Assembly (NCBI GenBank): GCA_963740315.1
Contig: CAVUDP010000003.1
Coordinates: 192,001 to 256,000, forward strand
Source of the DNA: an uncultured cyanobacterium
Lineage (GTDB): Bacteria; Cyanobacteriota; Cyanobacteriia; Cyanobacteriales; Nostocaceae
Length of the DNA stretch: 64,000 nt
Direction: 5' to 3'
The notes under the pieces were generated by a model that was not told where the DNA came from, did not search any database, and was given only the letters and a program-made list of their open reading frames with translations. The stretch's first letter is position 1. Each line of letters starts with the position of its first letter. Of the stretch, positions 7,615-18,594 are shown one piece after another. The position numbers were made by a program, and so were the translations under genes.

Positions 7615-10161
7615 CTATTTCTTCGCTTGTAACTTAGGATAAGCAATCCGTTTATGATGGAATTGCTGCCAAACTTTGACGAAGATTTCAGCGATTTGCG
7701 TCATTTCTTGACGTTTTAAGCCGGAATCTAAGAGTTGATCGTCTTTCCATCTAGCCCGTAAGATATTGTTAACCATATTCAAGGCTTTTTCCGGTGTTGC
7801 ATCTCGAAGCGATCGCAATGCAGCTTCGCAAGAGTCAGCTAACATGACAATTGCAGTTTCCCGTGATTGAGGAGTAGGTCCTTCGTAACGAAAGTCTTCG
7901 TCTTTGATCTGTAATGTGGGATTATCCTTAGCAAGCTGTTGAGCTTGATGATAGAAATAAGCAATTTGCATTGTTCCTTGATGTTCTGGAATAAATGCCT
8001 GTATTGCCGTGGGTAAACTATGTTTTCTTGCCATAGCTAATCCCGCACTTACGTGCTTTTTAATAATATCGGCACTTATCCAAGGATCGTTAATTTCGGT
8101 TTCATGCTTGTTTGGACCTCCCATTTGATTCTCGATGAATCCCATTGGGTCGTGCATTTTACCAACATCATGGTATAATGTTCCCGCTCTAACTAATTCA
8201 ACGTTGCATCCAAGCTCTTTAGCAGCTGCTTCGGCAAGGGTAGCCACAAACAAGGTATGTTGAAATGTCCCTGGTGCTTCTGTTGCAAGACGCTTAAGTA
8301 AGGGACGATTCGGAGAAGCAAGTTCTGCCAAACGAATGGGAGTAACTAAGTCAAACAGTTTTTCTAAATAAGGACTTAATCCCAAAGCGACAATACTCCA
8401 ACCCAAACCTGATAAAGCTAATAATCCCGCTTCTTGAAATACAAGGTAAGAAGTTGAGGTAAATGCTGTGCCTAACATTATCTTTAATAATAGATAAACA
8501 CCGCCTTCAGTTAAGGAAATTCCAAAGCCTAATACTGCTAACTCTTCGCGAGAACGCAGGCGTTGCGCCATGCAGGCACCGAGTATACCTCCAGCTGCAC
8601 CAGCTATAATCGCCGTATTTCCTACTTCTAGGTTCATGGGCAGCAACAATATTACTAGTAATCCAATAACTGTCGCACTCAAACTGCGTCCATAGAAACT
8701 GCCCATTAGCAAACCTACAGCGCTCCAAGTCGCAAAAGGTATGCCAAAAACTAGTAATGATGGACACGATAGAGCCAGTAATAATACTAGGAATTGGTCG
8801 CTTTGACGCAATCGAATTTTTAAACGCTTTTCAACTATTGCATAAATGCCAATACAGAAAGCAACAGCGCTTCCCAAATAGGTTAAGCCCAGCCAGTTGA
8901 TTTCGCGGCTAATCAAATGGTAGTTTTCTAATACTGCTAAATTCCAGGCTGTAATATCTTGTCCTTTTCTAACAATTAATTCGCCTTTATCTACCGTTAC
9001 CATTACTGGTTGTATTTTGGCTGCCTCTTCTGATGCTTGTAATTCTGTTTGTTGTTCGTCTTTCCTTAGATTCGGTTGTAAAACGCTTACTAATAACTTA
9101 GTTGCCCAAAATTTAGCGTCTTCGGGTACCAATGATTCCGATTTTTGTAAATGCAGGTTTATGACGTACTCTAAATTTTCTTTTGGTAAGCCGGGGTGAA
9201 TGCCTTGGGCTAGGATTAATTGGGCACTTTGCACGATGCCCATTTGAATTTTTGACCACCGATCGTCGCTAAAGTTAAGTACGGTAGTGTCGTCGTATAC
9301 TATCCCCGCTGGCTTTGAGCGCCTAATTTCTTTAAGCTTCGCTTTGGCTTGAATGTATAGCTGTCGTCTTTCCTCGATTTTTTGAATTAGCGATCGCAAG
9401 TTTTGTTGGTTCGTTTTAGCACGATATAGCTGTAACTGATTTAGCGCCTGTTTGAAATTAGAGTTTTGAATATCCGTATCAATAGCTGCACTATTCGCAA
9501 GGGAATTATCAGTTCTTGCCGCTAAAACTACAGATTGAGGTAATTGATTCCTAGCAACGTTTTGATTACCATTTTCTAGTAATAGTAATAATTGCTTCCA
9601 TTGTGCTTCGTTCGTGGAACGTAAGTAATTTTGGATAGAAGGATCGAGTATCTCGGTGTCAAAAAACGGGAAAGAACCAGCAGTTGTGCGAATTTCGTTT
9701 CCTTGTTGTAGCAATTGCTCTAAATTCTGCTCAACAGTTTCGTTAATCCGCTTATCCACCATTAACCATTGCCGAGAATTGTCTCTGGCAGCTTCGCGGA
9801 GTAATTCTGTTTTCTGCTTATCTTCTACTTGAGCAGTAAAGGGCGCAACAATCGTTTCGCGGGCTACTGTTCCTTCTTGTAACTGCGGCTGGCTGTATAA
9901 CTTGTGTCCCATCACTCCTGTCATAGTAACCAAAGCGATCGCAAACACAACCGCAGAATGCTGAGGAATAAAGCCCCAACAAGCTGCGTAAATACCAGAT
10001 TTAGCTTTTACCGACTTTACCATTGAGTTGGAGCATAAGGATTTTTTATATCGATTTCTTTCACCTGTTTTGGATACATATAAGCGACGTAACGCTTTGT
10101 ATCGTCGTCCCCAGGTAGCTGTTACTTGAGTTAAAGACTTAAAAAATGGCTGCGTTTTCAT
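7615..10161 (-). CDS. 7TM-HD (HDIG) phosphohydrolase, PgpH-like cyclic dinucleotide phosphodiesterase
   Basis: Extracellular domain, 7 TM helices, APGTFQH, LYHDVGK, PEHQGT, MLADSCEAA. Confidence 0.9.
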   Translation of the reverse strand: MKTQPFFKSLTQVTATWGRRYKALRRLYVSKTGERNRYKKSLCSNSMVKSVKAKSGIYAACWGFIPQHSAVVFAIALVTMTGVMGHKLYSQPQLQEGTVARETIVAPFTAQVEDKQKTELLREAARDNSRQWLMVDKRINETVEQNLEQLLQQGNEIRTTAGSFPFFDTEILDPSIQNYLRSTNEAQWKQLLLLLENGNQNVARNQLPQSVVLAARTDNSLANSAAIDTDIQNSNFKQALNQLQLYRAKTNQQNLRSLIQKIEERRQLYIQAKAKLKEIRRSKPAGIVYDDTTVLNFSDDRWSKIQMGIVQSAQLILAQGIHPGLPKENLEYVINLHLQKSESLVPEDAKFWATKLLVSVLQPNLRKDEQQTELQASEEAAKIQPVMVTVDKGELIVRKGQDITAWNLAVLENYHLISREINWLGLTYLGSAVAFCIGIYAIVEKRLKIRLRQSDQFLVLLLALSCPSLLVFGIPFATWSAVGLLMGSFYGRSLSATVIGLLVILLLPMNLEVGNTAIIAGAAGGILGACMAQRLRSREELAVLGFGISLTEGGVYLLLKIMLGTAFTSTSYLVFQEAGLLALSGLGWSIVALGLSPYLEKLFDLVTPIRLAELASPNRPLLKRLATEAPGTFQHTLFVATLAEAAAKELGCNVELVRAGTLYHDVGKMHDPMGFIENQMGGPNKHETEINDPWISADIIKKHVSAGLAMARKHSLPTAIQAFIPEHQGTMQIAYFYHQAQQLAKDNPTLQIKDEDFRYEGPTPQSRETAIVMLADSCEAALRSLRDATPEKALNMVNNILRARWKDDQLLDSGLKRQEMTQIAEIFVKVWQQFHHKRIAYPKLQAKK

Positions 10162-10376
10162 TACCTATGACCGCAGTTGCTTATAAGGATGGTTGAATAC
10201 CAGACAATTTTGTACCGAAGCAGATTTCAAGCTTGCTGACATCATAGTTACCATTTGATGTAAATCCTGGGTTCACTCCCTAATAAGTATAATTTTTTGC
10301 TCGAAAAAGTTTTTTAACTATTTAGTGGAATATAAACTTGCAGGGGTTGGCTTCTAGTTGACTTCGGATAAATTTA

Positions 10377-11294
10377 TTAACGTAAACGAATGATATATGG
10401 GGCTGCAATTGCCTCATCAGGAGAAATTAAATCTCGGTCCTCCTTTGCTTCTAAAGATTGTGGTAACTCGTGATATGCTCCCGACCATACAGAGACAAGC
10501 GCATCAGCTAATTTTACCATCTGAGAAAAGTTAGTGATTCCCCTTTGTGCTAATTTTGCCTCATCTAATCCTAAGTGCCAAGTTATAGGTATACCAGCCA
10601 TGCTGTTATAAGCTCCGGAAACTGCACCCGCGATCGCGCCACAAATCTCTGAATTGTGCTTATCTATAGTAGTGGCTCGCAAACAAGTAAGACGAAAATC
10701 TTCCTTAGTAGTTGCGAAACAATAAAAAGCTATTGCAATGGTATTAGTTATATTATTTTCTTTACCCAAGCAATTTTGGAATTCAGAATATCCAGCATTT
10801 TCAACGATTAAATTATTGACTTGCTGTAATTTATTTGGTAAGTCAGTTGTAGTTTCTCCAATAAAAGAAGTTATTTCTGAAACTAAACGATTCTGGTTTA
10901 TTTGTTGATTAATTTTTTCATTTAATGACTGAGCGATTAGATAGCATACTGCTAATACCCCATCCCTTATATAGGGATGATCGTAACTTTTGATAGCTAA
11001 AAGCAAGTTTTCGCGTAATTTTATATTGTTCTCATGAAAAAATATTGCTATGGGTAAAGTTGCTAAAATTATATTCCCCAACATCAAATTGCATGGTTTT
11101 TCTAAATTCCATTCTTGCTGTTGAAATTTATGTCCTTCGTCTAAATAAAATCGCCCCTCTGCAATCAAGCTTTCGATACCAAGGAGTGCTACTTTAATCC
11201 AATAGTATGATTCTGGTTGCGTTGCGGCTAAACTTTGTCCAATTAAACCTCCTATCAAAGCACCACGAACTCTACTTGTAAGTGAATAGCGCAT
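10377..11294 (-). CDS. ADP-ribosylglycohydrolase-fold protein (metal-binding motifs degenerate)
   Basis: SRVRGALIGGLIGQSLA and GAIAGAVSGAYNSMAGIPITW. Confidence 0.8.
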   Translation of the reverse strand: MRYSLTSRVRGALIGGLIGQSLAATQPESYYWIKVALLGIESLIAEGRFYLDEGHKFQQQEWNLEKPCNLMLGNIILATLPIAIFFHENNIKLRENLLLAIKSYDHPYIRDGVLAVCYLIAQSLNEKINQQINQNRLVSEITSFIGETTTDLPNKLQQVNNLIVENAGYSEFQNCLGKENNITNTIAIAFYCFATTKEDFRLTCLRATTIDKHNSEICGAIAGAVSGAYNSMAGIPITWHLGLDEAKLAQRGITNFSQMVKLADALVSVWSGAYHELPQSLEAKEDRDLISPDEAIAAPYIIRLR

Positions 11295-11471
11295 ATAGTA
11301 CTAACAGCTTCAGATATCTTATAACTACCACCTGCATTAATGCTTATTCTGGATAAGATGGCCAAATTTTATATTTTTTTGATAAATTCTATCGATAGAG
11401 CTATAAAGTTGCTCGAAAACTACTACTATTAACTATGTATTAGTAAATAAAAATCTTTCTTATTGCATAAC

Positions 11472-11948
11472 TCAAGACTGTCTTAAGCGATCCACTAAAG
11501 CCTGCAATCCTAAAATGTAGCTTTTCGCGCCAAAGCCACTAATTTGACCAATAGCTACTGATGCAATATATGAATGGTGTCTAAATTCTTCCCTACGATA
11601 TATATTGCTCAAATGTACTTCTACCGTAGGTATGTTTACACCAGCAATAGCATCTCGCAATGCTACACTCGTATGGGTATAAGCTCCAGCATTAATAATA
11701 ATTCCTTGATGCTTGAATAATGCATCATGGATAGCATCTACTAAAACACCTTCATGATTGGACTGCACGGCAGATATATTAGCTGACAAAGAACGCCCTT
11801 CTTCTACCAGTAAACGATTAATGTCAGCTAAAGTAACCAAACCGTAAGTTTCTGGTTCGCGAGTTCCCAGTAAATTCAGATTCGGTCCATGCAGCACCAA
11901 AATGCTTAAAGAAGGTTGATCCTTCCGAGCATTTGATCTATCTACCAC
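11472..11948 (-). CDS. aroQ: Type II 3-dehydroquinate dehydratase
   Basis: [49 protein letters not shown]. Confidence 0.97.
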   Translation of the reverse strand: MVDRSNARKDQPSLSILVLHGPNLNLLGTREPETYGLVTLADINRLLVEEGRSLSANISAVQSNHEGVLVDAIHDALFKHQGIIINAGAYTHTSVALRDAIAGVNIPTVEVHLSNIYRREEFRHHSYIASVAIGQISGFGAKSYILGLQALVDRLRQS

Positions 11949-12078
11949 GGCGAGAACGGTCGTTTACAGGAATTGGAATTAATTCCGGTTCTGGCTCAGC
12001 TTCAGGCCCTAAAAGGGCATCAATCAGCTTGCGTGCTAATCCCTTAAGCTTTTCGAGCACCTTTTCGATATAATCCAT
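11938..12078 (-). CDS. Small hypothetical protein, 46 aa (missed by the ORF track)
   Basis: [51 protein letters not shown] upstream; stop overlaps the aroQ GTG start. Confidence 0.8.
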   Translation of the reverse strand: MDYIEKVLEKLKGLARKLIDALLGPEAEPEPELIPIPVNDRSRRGR

Positions 12079-12342
12079 TGAACTGAACGCTCCTGAGATA
12101 CTAACTCAAATGTCAACTATCAACTAGGTCGAAACTAACGTAAAAACAGCACCACTAGTTAAGATGTTGGTTGAAACCAACTGCCTCTTGTGGGGGAGCA
12201 AGCCGTTATAGATAACTGCGATTCCTCCCTCTATTATTTTAGGTTATCACATTCGCCACGGGTAGGGCAGCATCCAACTTCTTAAGAGATATTTTAGGAT
12301 CGCTAATATCAACCAAATATTAACTAATAGTTAAAAATCAAT

Positions 12343-12371
12343 AGTCCGGAAGTATGAAAACATCCGGACTA
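12343..12371 (-). terminator. Stem-loop downstream of topA
   Basis: AGTCCGGA ... TCCGGACT inverted repeat about 27 nt after the topA stop. Confidence 0.6.
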
Positions 12372-12398
12372 CTGTTGTGGTAATAAAATTTTGCTTCG

Positions 12399-15077
12399 TT
12401 AGCTTTCTTCTGGTTTCTTTTTAGATTTGCTACTAGCTGTTTTAGATTTAGTAGTACTCGTTTTAGATTTAGCAGTACTCGTTTTGGATTTAGTTGTTTT
12501 ACGAGTTGATTTACTTTTGGGTGCTTTGTCGGCTAATAACTTCAGTGCTTTTTCTAAAGTTATGCTTTCTGGGGTTTCACCTTCGGGAATGCCGACATTG
12601 GTTTTGCCATGCTTAATGTAAACTCCATAAGGTCCCTCGTAGATGTTGACTGGTTCTTCACTGTCTGGATGAGAACCCAGTTCCCGCAACGGCTTTTTCG
12701 ATTTACTTCTGCTACCGCGTCCTTTTTTAGGTTCGGATAACAATTCTAATGCTCTTTCTAAGGTGATACTTAGGACATCATCACCTGCTTTTAAAGAACG
12801 GTAGTCTTTACCTTCTTTGGCATTATGAACCACATAAGGTCCGAAGCGTCCTAAATTAGTTTGGATGCTAGCGCCAGTTTCTGGATGTTCTCCCAATTTT
12901 CTCGGAAGCGATAAAAGACCAACAGCCATTTCTACTGTTACGTCTTCTGGCTTTACGTTTTTAGGTAGGGAAGCTTGTTTTGGTTTGGGATTTTCTTCGG
13001 ATTTTTCACCCAATTGTACGTAGGGACCGTAAGGACCAATTAACATGAAAATTGGCTGTGCCATTTCCGGATGAATACCTACTTGGTCGGGACCTTCGGT
13101 TTTTTGCTTGAGTATTTTCTGGACTTTTTCCGGATCGAGGTCGGCTGGAGTTAAGTCTCTAGGAATAGAAGCTGTAATAATATCATCACCATTTTCCGCT
13201 TCTAGATAAGCACCAAATTTACCAATGCGGATTTTCACATCTGGGATGTCTAAGTCCACAGTTCTAGATGTATTGATATCAATTTCGCTTTCTCGTTCCT
13301 TAACCAAGGTATCCAAGCCTTTTTCGCCCAGATAAAATTGTTCTAGGTAAGGTAGCCATTCAGCTTCCCCAGTCGAAATATCATCGAGAGTTTGCTCCAT
13401 TCTCGAAGTAAAGCTGGGGTCTACGACATCTGGGAAGTGCGTTTCCAGTAGCTTGGTAACGGCGAAAGCTGTAAATGTGGGAACTAAAGCATTGTTAGTT
13501 AGTTGCGCGTAACCTTTGTCAATAATGGTACCAATAATACTGGCGTAGGTACTGGGACGACCAATTCCTTCACTTTCTAAGGTTTTCACCAAAGTAGCTT
13601 CAGTGTATCTTGCCGGAGGTTGGGTTTCGTGACCGACAGTTTCTAATGTTTTGCAGTTTGGATTATCGCCGACTTTTAGGTTGGGTAAAATCACTTCCTT
13701 GTCTTCGAGTGCTGCTTCGGGATCGTCGGAACCCTCTACGTAGGCGCGTAAAAATCCTGGAAAATCAATTCGCTTACCCGAAGAACGAAAACCTGCATCT
13801 TCGACTTGTAAATGCATGGTGATTTGAGTTTGTCTGGCATCCGCCATTTGACAAGCAACGGTACGCTTCCAAATCAAATCGTACAATTGCAGTTCCCTAC
13901 CGCTCAAACCAGTTTCTTGAGGCGTGCGGAAGCTGCTTCCAGCCGGACGAATCGCTTCGTGTGCTTCCTGTGCGCCTTTGGATTTTGTGGTGTATTTGCG
14001 GGGTTGGGGAGACAAGAACTCTTTGCCGTAAAGCTTTTGTACGCAGTCTCTAGCGGCAGTAACAGCTTGTTCCGATAAGTGTACCGAGTCGGTACGCATA
14101 TAGGTAATATAGCCTTGTTCGTAAAGGCTTTGAGCAACCCGCATTGTATCTCTTGCAGTCAGCCGCAATTTACGGTTAGATTCCTGTTGCAAGGTAGAAG
14201 TAGTAAACGGAGGTGACGGTTTGCGCGTTACGGGACGTTCTTCTAAGTTGGAAACCTGCCAAGTTTTACCAGTTAAACGTTCTTTTAAAGCTTCGGCTTC
14301 CTGTTGATTAAGTAGAACTACCTTACGACCTGCGGTAATTGCCCCGGTTGTAGAGTCAAAATCGCTACCAGTTGCTAGTTTTGTTCCTGCCAAAGTTACC
14401 AAGACACAATTAAATGATTGCTCTTTATTTCCCTTGGTTGATGGAGGAGTTAAAGCTGCTTTCAAATCCCAGTAGCTACCGATATGAAAAGCACGTCGTT
14501 CCCGTTCCCGTTGCACCAATAACCGCACGGCTACAGATTGGACTCGTCCGGCAGATAAACCCCAGGCAATTTTCTTCCACAATAAAGGTGAGAGAGTATA
14601 ACCTACAAGTCTGTCCAAAATTCGCCGCGTTTCTTGAGCGCGAACCAATTGTTCATCTACGTCACGGGTATTTTTGAGCGCTTCTTTAATTGCTTCAGAA
14701 GTAATCTCATGAAATACCATTCGTTTTGTGGGAACTTTTGGTTTTAATAACTGGAATAAATGCCAGCTAATACTTTCCCCTTCCCGATCTTCGTCAGTTG
14801 CCAAAATCAGTTCGGTTGCCTCTTTGAGTGCTTCCTTTAACTGAGTTACAATTTGCTTTTTGCTTTTGGGAACTACATATAACGGTTCAAAATTAGATTC
14901 TACATTTACTCCCAACTGCGCCCATTTTTCTCCTTTGACAGCGGCGGGAATTTCACTAGCGGACTGTGGTAAGTCACGTACATGACCCATCGAAGCTTCT
15001 ACTCGGTACTCTGATGGTAAGTAGTTACGAATAGTTTTTGCTTTGGTTGGAGATTCGACTATAACGAGAGTAGACAT
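12399..15077 (-). CDS. topA: DNA topoisomerase I
   Basis: VIVESPTKAKTI, ATDEDREGE, SAGRVQS, ITYMRTDS, Toprim_C repeats, Lys-rich tail. Confidence 0.98.
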   Translation of the reverse strand: MSTLVIVESPTKAKTIRNYLPSEYRVEASMGHVRDLPQSASEIPAAVKGEKWAQLGVNVESNFEPLYVVPKSKKQIVTQLKEALKEATELILATDEDREGESISWHLFQLLKPKVPTKRMVFHEITSEAIKEALKNTRDVDEQLVRAQETRRILDRLVGYTLSPLLWKKIAWGLSAGRVQSVAVRLLVQRERERRAFHIGSYWDLKAALTPPSTKGNKEQSFNCVLVTLAGTKLATGSDFDSTTGAITAGRKVVLLNQQEAEALKERLTGKTWQVSNLEERPVTRKPSPPFTTSTLQQESNRKLRLTARDTMRVAQSLYEQGYITYMRTDSVHLSEQAVTAARDCVQKLYGKEFLSPQPRKYTTKSKGAQEAHEAIRPAGSSFRTPQETGLSGRELQLYDLIWKRTVACQMADARQTQITMHLQVEDAGFRSSGKRIDFPGFLRAYVEGSDDPEAALEDKEVILPNLKVGDNPNCKTLETVGHETQPPARYTEATLVKTLESEGIGRPSTYASIIGTIIDKGYAQLTNNALVPTFTAFAVTKLLETHFPDVVDPSFTSRMEQTLDDISTGEAEWLPYLEQFYLGEKGLDTLVKERESEIDINTSRTVDLDIPDVKIRIGKFGAYLEAENGDDIITASIPRDLTPADLDPEKVQKILKQKTEGPDQVGIHPEMAQPIFMLIGPYGPYVQLGEKSEENPKPKQASLPKNVKPEDVTVEMAVGLLSLPRKLGEHPETGASIQTNLGRFGPYVVHNAKEGKDYRSLKAGDDVLSITLERALELLSEPKKGRGSRSKSKKPLRELGSHPDSEEPVNIYEGPYGVYIKHGKTNVGIPEGETPESITLEKALKLLADKAPKSKSTRKTTKSKTSTAKSKTSTTKSKTASSKSKKKPEES

Positions 15078-15576
15078 GGAATTTTCAAGAAAAAAAATAG
15101 CTGCTAAGCTAAACAGTCAATTAGGAGGACAAACGATTGTAAATGTCAAGTTAAAATTTAACTACCGCCGATCGCAATAGCTTTTACATCTACTGCTTAG
15201 CTTTGTTAAAAAACCTTTTAATGACCGGGTTTGCGACCCCCAACTCTTTCCAAAAGGTAATGAAAAATCTCTACCATTGGTAAGATAGTTGAAATCAGGT
15301 TATCAAGGAAAGCAGTTATTTCAATCTTTAACTTATCTTGGACATAATTGGCGACTACCATTTTTATTTATTGTTGTTTTAGGGGATAACTATAGGGGCG
15401 ATCGCTTTAAGGTAAGTGTTTGCCATGTAAGGATTAGAGGTGTTAAAGCAAAGCATATTTTTAAATTTTTTATCCCAGAGCAGTTTTTTTTGCCAATATT
15501 TAGCATTGTGCCAAAATAAAATTTAAATAAGTACCGTATTCCGGACTGATTATTAAACTACCATTGGAAAAAAATT

Positions 15577-15870
15577 ATGAAACCAATTCGACAAGGTGAT
15601 GTAATCTTACTTCCTGTGAAGCAAGTTGAAGGACAATTGCTCGAACATCTGACTTTGGCTTCCGGAGAAGTTACCGGACACAAGCACCGTATCTCTGAAG
15701 GAAATGCTCAGTTGTATACAAAAGACTTCAATTTATATTTAAGTATTTTTTCAGAAAAAGCAGTGCTAACTCATGAGGAACACGATCCGATTTCTGTTCC
15801 TCAAGGAAATTGGATAGTGCGAATTCAGCGCGAATACGAACCCGAAGGATGGCGATATGTTGCCGATTGA
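15577..15870 (+). CDS. Conserved hypothetical protein (RQGDV / GEVTGHxH / HEEH family)
   Basis: Motifs IRQGDV, LASGEVTGHKH, LTHEEH, QREY. Confidence 0.8.
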   Translation: MKPIRQGDVILLPVKQVEGQLLEHLTLASGEVTGHKHRISEGNAQLYTKDFNLYLSIFSEKAVLTHEEHDPISVPQGNWIVRIQREYEPEGWRYVAD

Positions 15871-16252
15871 ATTTGGTTATTCCTTACAACTTCATAATAA
15901 TCAAATAGTATGCATGAATTGGTATAGGGAGTAAGGAATAGCTTTCTGATATACTGAAGAACCATTATCCAAGCTGCTTCTTGCATTAAGCAAGCTAATT
16001 ATTAAATATCAATTGAATTAGACTATGAATAATATAGTAAAAACTGATACTAATTTTTTGGTTATTTTAATTATGCAGTTAACAAATAAAGAATTAAGGT
16101 TGTATCAATTAATAATAAGTCAAGCGAGTAAAGAAGTTGTGGTAGGATAATCCAGGAGAAGTACGTTCGGTAATTGTGTTCTTATTATTAAGTAAAAGTC
16201 GCAATCAGCTTTCCGGATGTCCCCTCTGCACGGTTGGATTCTGGAGAGTCTT

Positions 16253-16537
16253 ATGTCAATATACGTTGGAAATTTATCATACGATGTTACTCAAGAAGAC
16301 CTTAGTAAGGTATTTGCTGAGTACGGTGGTGTAAAGAGCGTTCAGTTACCTACCGATAGGGAAACTGGCAGGGCGCGAGGTTTTGGTTTTGTAGAAATGG
16401 AATCAGAAGATGCAGAAAGTTCAGCCATTCAAGCTCTAGATGGTGCTGAATGGATGGGTCGCGCAATGAAGGTTAATAAAGCAAGACCGCGAGAAGACCG
16501 AGGTAATAGACGCTCTGGTGGTGGAAATTGGGGTTGA
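16253..16537 (+). CDS. RRM RNA-binding protein (Rbp family)
   Basis: MSIYVGNLSY, RNP1 RGFGFVEM, VNKARPRE, short Gly-rich tail; GGAGA RBS before ATG 16253. Confidence 0.95.
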   Translation: MSIYVGNLSYDVTQEDLSKVFAEYGGVKSVQLPTDRETGRARGFGFVEMESEDAESSAIQALDGAEWMGRAMKVNKARPREDRGNRRSGGGNWG

Positions 16538-16743
16538 TAAAGGTAACGTTATATTAGTTCGCTCTCAAGGCTGAGCAATATTTAATTATAAGCGGGGGCA
16601 TCCTTATGGTTTGCTCCTGATTATTATTTTATTATTTTTATTATTTATTTTTAGAATCGCAGGTTTTTGGTGAATTTCTCGTAAAAAACAATAGAATTAA
16701 CAAAGTCAGTTAGAAAGTCTAATAGTCGAAACCTGTATATCTC

Positions 16744-18297
16744 ATGGATTTTGCTAGTCTTGCATCCCAGCTAAATGCTGGAACGATACTACCGGAGGGG
16801 ATTGTAATAATCACCTTCTTAGGGGTTTTGATAGTAGATTTAATTTTAGGACGTTCGTCCTCACGCTGGATTGGATATCTAGCTATAGCAGGCTTACTTG
16901 CTTCTATCGTCGCCTTGTATTTTCAATGGGATAATGTTAATCCCATCTCATTTCTTGGTGCGTTTAACGGTGATGACCTTAGTATCGTGTTTCGCGGTAT
17001 TATCGCTCTGTCTGCTGCTGTCACTATTTTGATGTCAATTCGCTACGTCGAACAAAGTGGTACAGCCTTAGCAGAATTTATCGCTATTTTGCTTAGCGCC
17101 ACCCTTGGAGCAATGTTTCTATCGGGCGCGAATGAGTTGGTGATGATTTTCATCTCCTTAGAAACTCTTAGTATTTCCTCTTACTTATTGACAGGTTATA
17201 CCAAGCGCGACCCGCGTTCCAATGAAGCCGCACTGAAATATTTGTTGATTGGCGCTTCAAGTACTGCTGTATTTTTGTATGGCGTTTCCTTACTGTACGG
17301 TTTGTCTGGCGGACAAACTGAACTTGCTGCGATCGCAAATGGCATCGAAACGGCAGAGCTAGGTCAGTCGTTAGGTATAGTAATTGCCCTGGTATTTGTA
17401 ATTGCTGGTATCGGCTTCAAAATTTCTGCCGCACCCTTTCACCAATGGACACCAGATGTATATGAAGGCGCACCGACTCCGGTAATTGCTTTTTTATCTG
17501 TAGGTTCTAAAGCTGCGGGTTTTGCTTTGGCTATCCGTTTGCTGACAACAGTATTTCCCCTCGTCGCCGATGAGTGGAGATTCGTGTTTACCGCCTTAGC
17601 CGTATTAAGTTTGATACTGGGTAATGTAGTTGCCCTTGCTCAAACCAGCATGAAACGGATGCTTGCTTACTCATCCATTGCCCAAGCTGGCTTTGTAATG
17701 ATTGGCTTGATTGCTGGCACGCAAGCAGGATATTCCAGCATGATATTTTACTTGCTAGTTTACCTGTTTATGAACCTCTGTGGTTTTACCTGCGTGATTT
17801 TATTCTCCCTGCGGACGGGAACCGACCAAATTACCGAGTATTCTGGTTTATATCAGAAAGACCCACTTTTAACTCTAGGATTAAGCCTTTCTTTGCTTTC
17901 CTTGGGAGGTATTCCTCCTTTAGCTGGGTTCTTTGGGAAAATTTACCTATTCTGGGCAGGTTGGCAAGCAGGTCTTTACGGCTTAGTTTTACTGGGATTA
18001 GTTACCAGTGTGGTTTCTATTTACTATTACATCCGCGTCGTCAAAATGATGGTAGTAAAAGAACCTCAAGAAATGTCCGATGCAGTCAAGAATTATCCCC
18101 CAATTAATTGGAATTTACCTGGATTAAGACCTTTACAAATAGGTTTGGTAACAACTTTAATTGCTACCTCTATCGCTGGAATCCTATCAAACCCTTTATT
18201 TACCTTGGCGAATAACTCTGTTGCTAATACTCGTATGTTGCAGCAATCAATAGTTTCTACCCCTCGCGTAAATGTAGCTACAAATCACCAACCTTAA
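16744..18297 (+). CDS. ndhB: NAD(P)H-quinone oxidoreductase subunit 2 (NuoN)
   Basis: [47 protein letters not shown]. Confidence 0.98.
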   Translation: MDFASLASQLNAGTILPEGIVIITFLGVLIVDLILGRSSSRWIGYLAIAGLLASIVALYFQWDNVNPISFLGAFNGDDLSIVFRGIIALSAAVTILMSIRYVEQSGTALAEFIAILLSATLGAMFLSGANELVMIFISLETLSISSYLLTGYTKRDPRSNEAALKYLLIGASSTAVFLYGVSLLYGLSGGQTELAAIANGIETAELGQSLGIVIALVFVIAGIGFKISAAPFHQWTPDVYEGAPTPVIAFLSVGSKAAGFALAIRLLTTVFPLVADEWRFVFTALAVLSLILGNVVALAQTSMKRMLAYSSIAQAGFVMIGLIAGTQAGYSSMIFYLLVYLFMNLCGFTCVILFSLRTGTDQITEYSGLYQKDPLLTLGLSLSLLSLGGIPPLAGFFGKIYLFWAGWQAGLYGLVLLGLVTSVVSIYYYIRVVKMMVVKEPQEMSDAVKNYPPINWNLPGLRPLQIGLVTTLIATSIAGILSNPLFTLANNSVANTRMLQQSIVSTPRVNVATNHQP

Positions 18298-18364
18298 TCG
18301 GTATTTATGTTTTTACTTCCTTTAGAAGTTTGAACATGATTTTTCGTCAATAATGCCTAATCTT

Positions 18365-18400
18365 AAATGGCTGTTCGCGGTGGAACAGCCATTTTTATTT
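18365..18400 (+). terminator. Rho-independent terminator after ndhB
   Basis: AAATGGCTGTTC-gcggtg-GAACAGCCATTT plus T-rich tail. Confidence 0.85.
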
Positions 18401-18594
18401 TTCTTTGGTATAAAGCTTAACTATATAAATTAGATTTGTGCTAACAGTATCCGTAATAGCACCAGGATAGGCGATCGCCTATCTTTTTATCGGAAAAAAT
18501 CAGCAAAAAAAACTACATATTAACTTCAGTTAAATAAAAAAGCCCGTCTAGACAGGCTAAAAATTGAACTAAAATCTTCCATTGAAGCTTTTTT

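Noticed and set aside
12427..14677. Antisense and alternate-frame ORFs within topA (and similar ones in other genes)
   Set aside because: Shadow frames of well-supported genes
15289..15519. 76-aa ORF upstream of topA
   Set aside because: TTG start, no recognisable motif, lies in a divergent promoter region
15540..15545. TCCGGA (DIF1) heterocyst promoter motif
   Set aside because: A 6-mer without TSS support; other occurrences lie in a hairpin, a UTR or coding sequence
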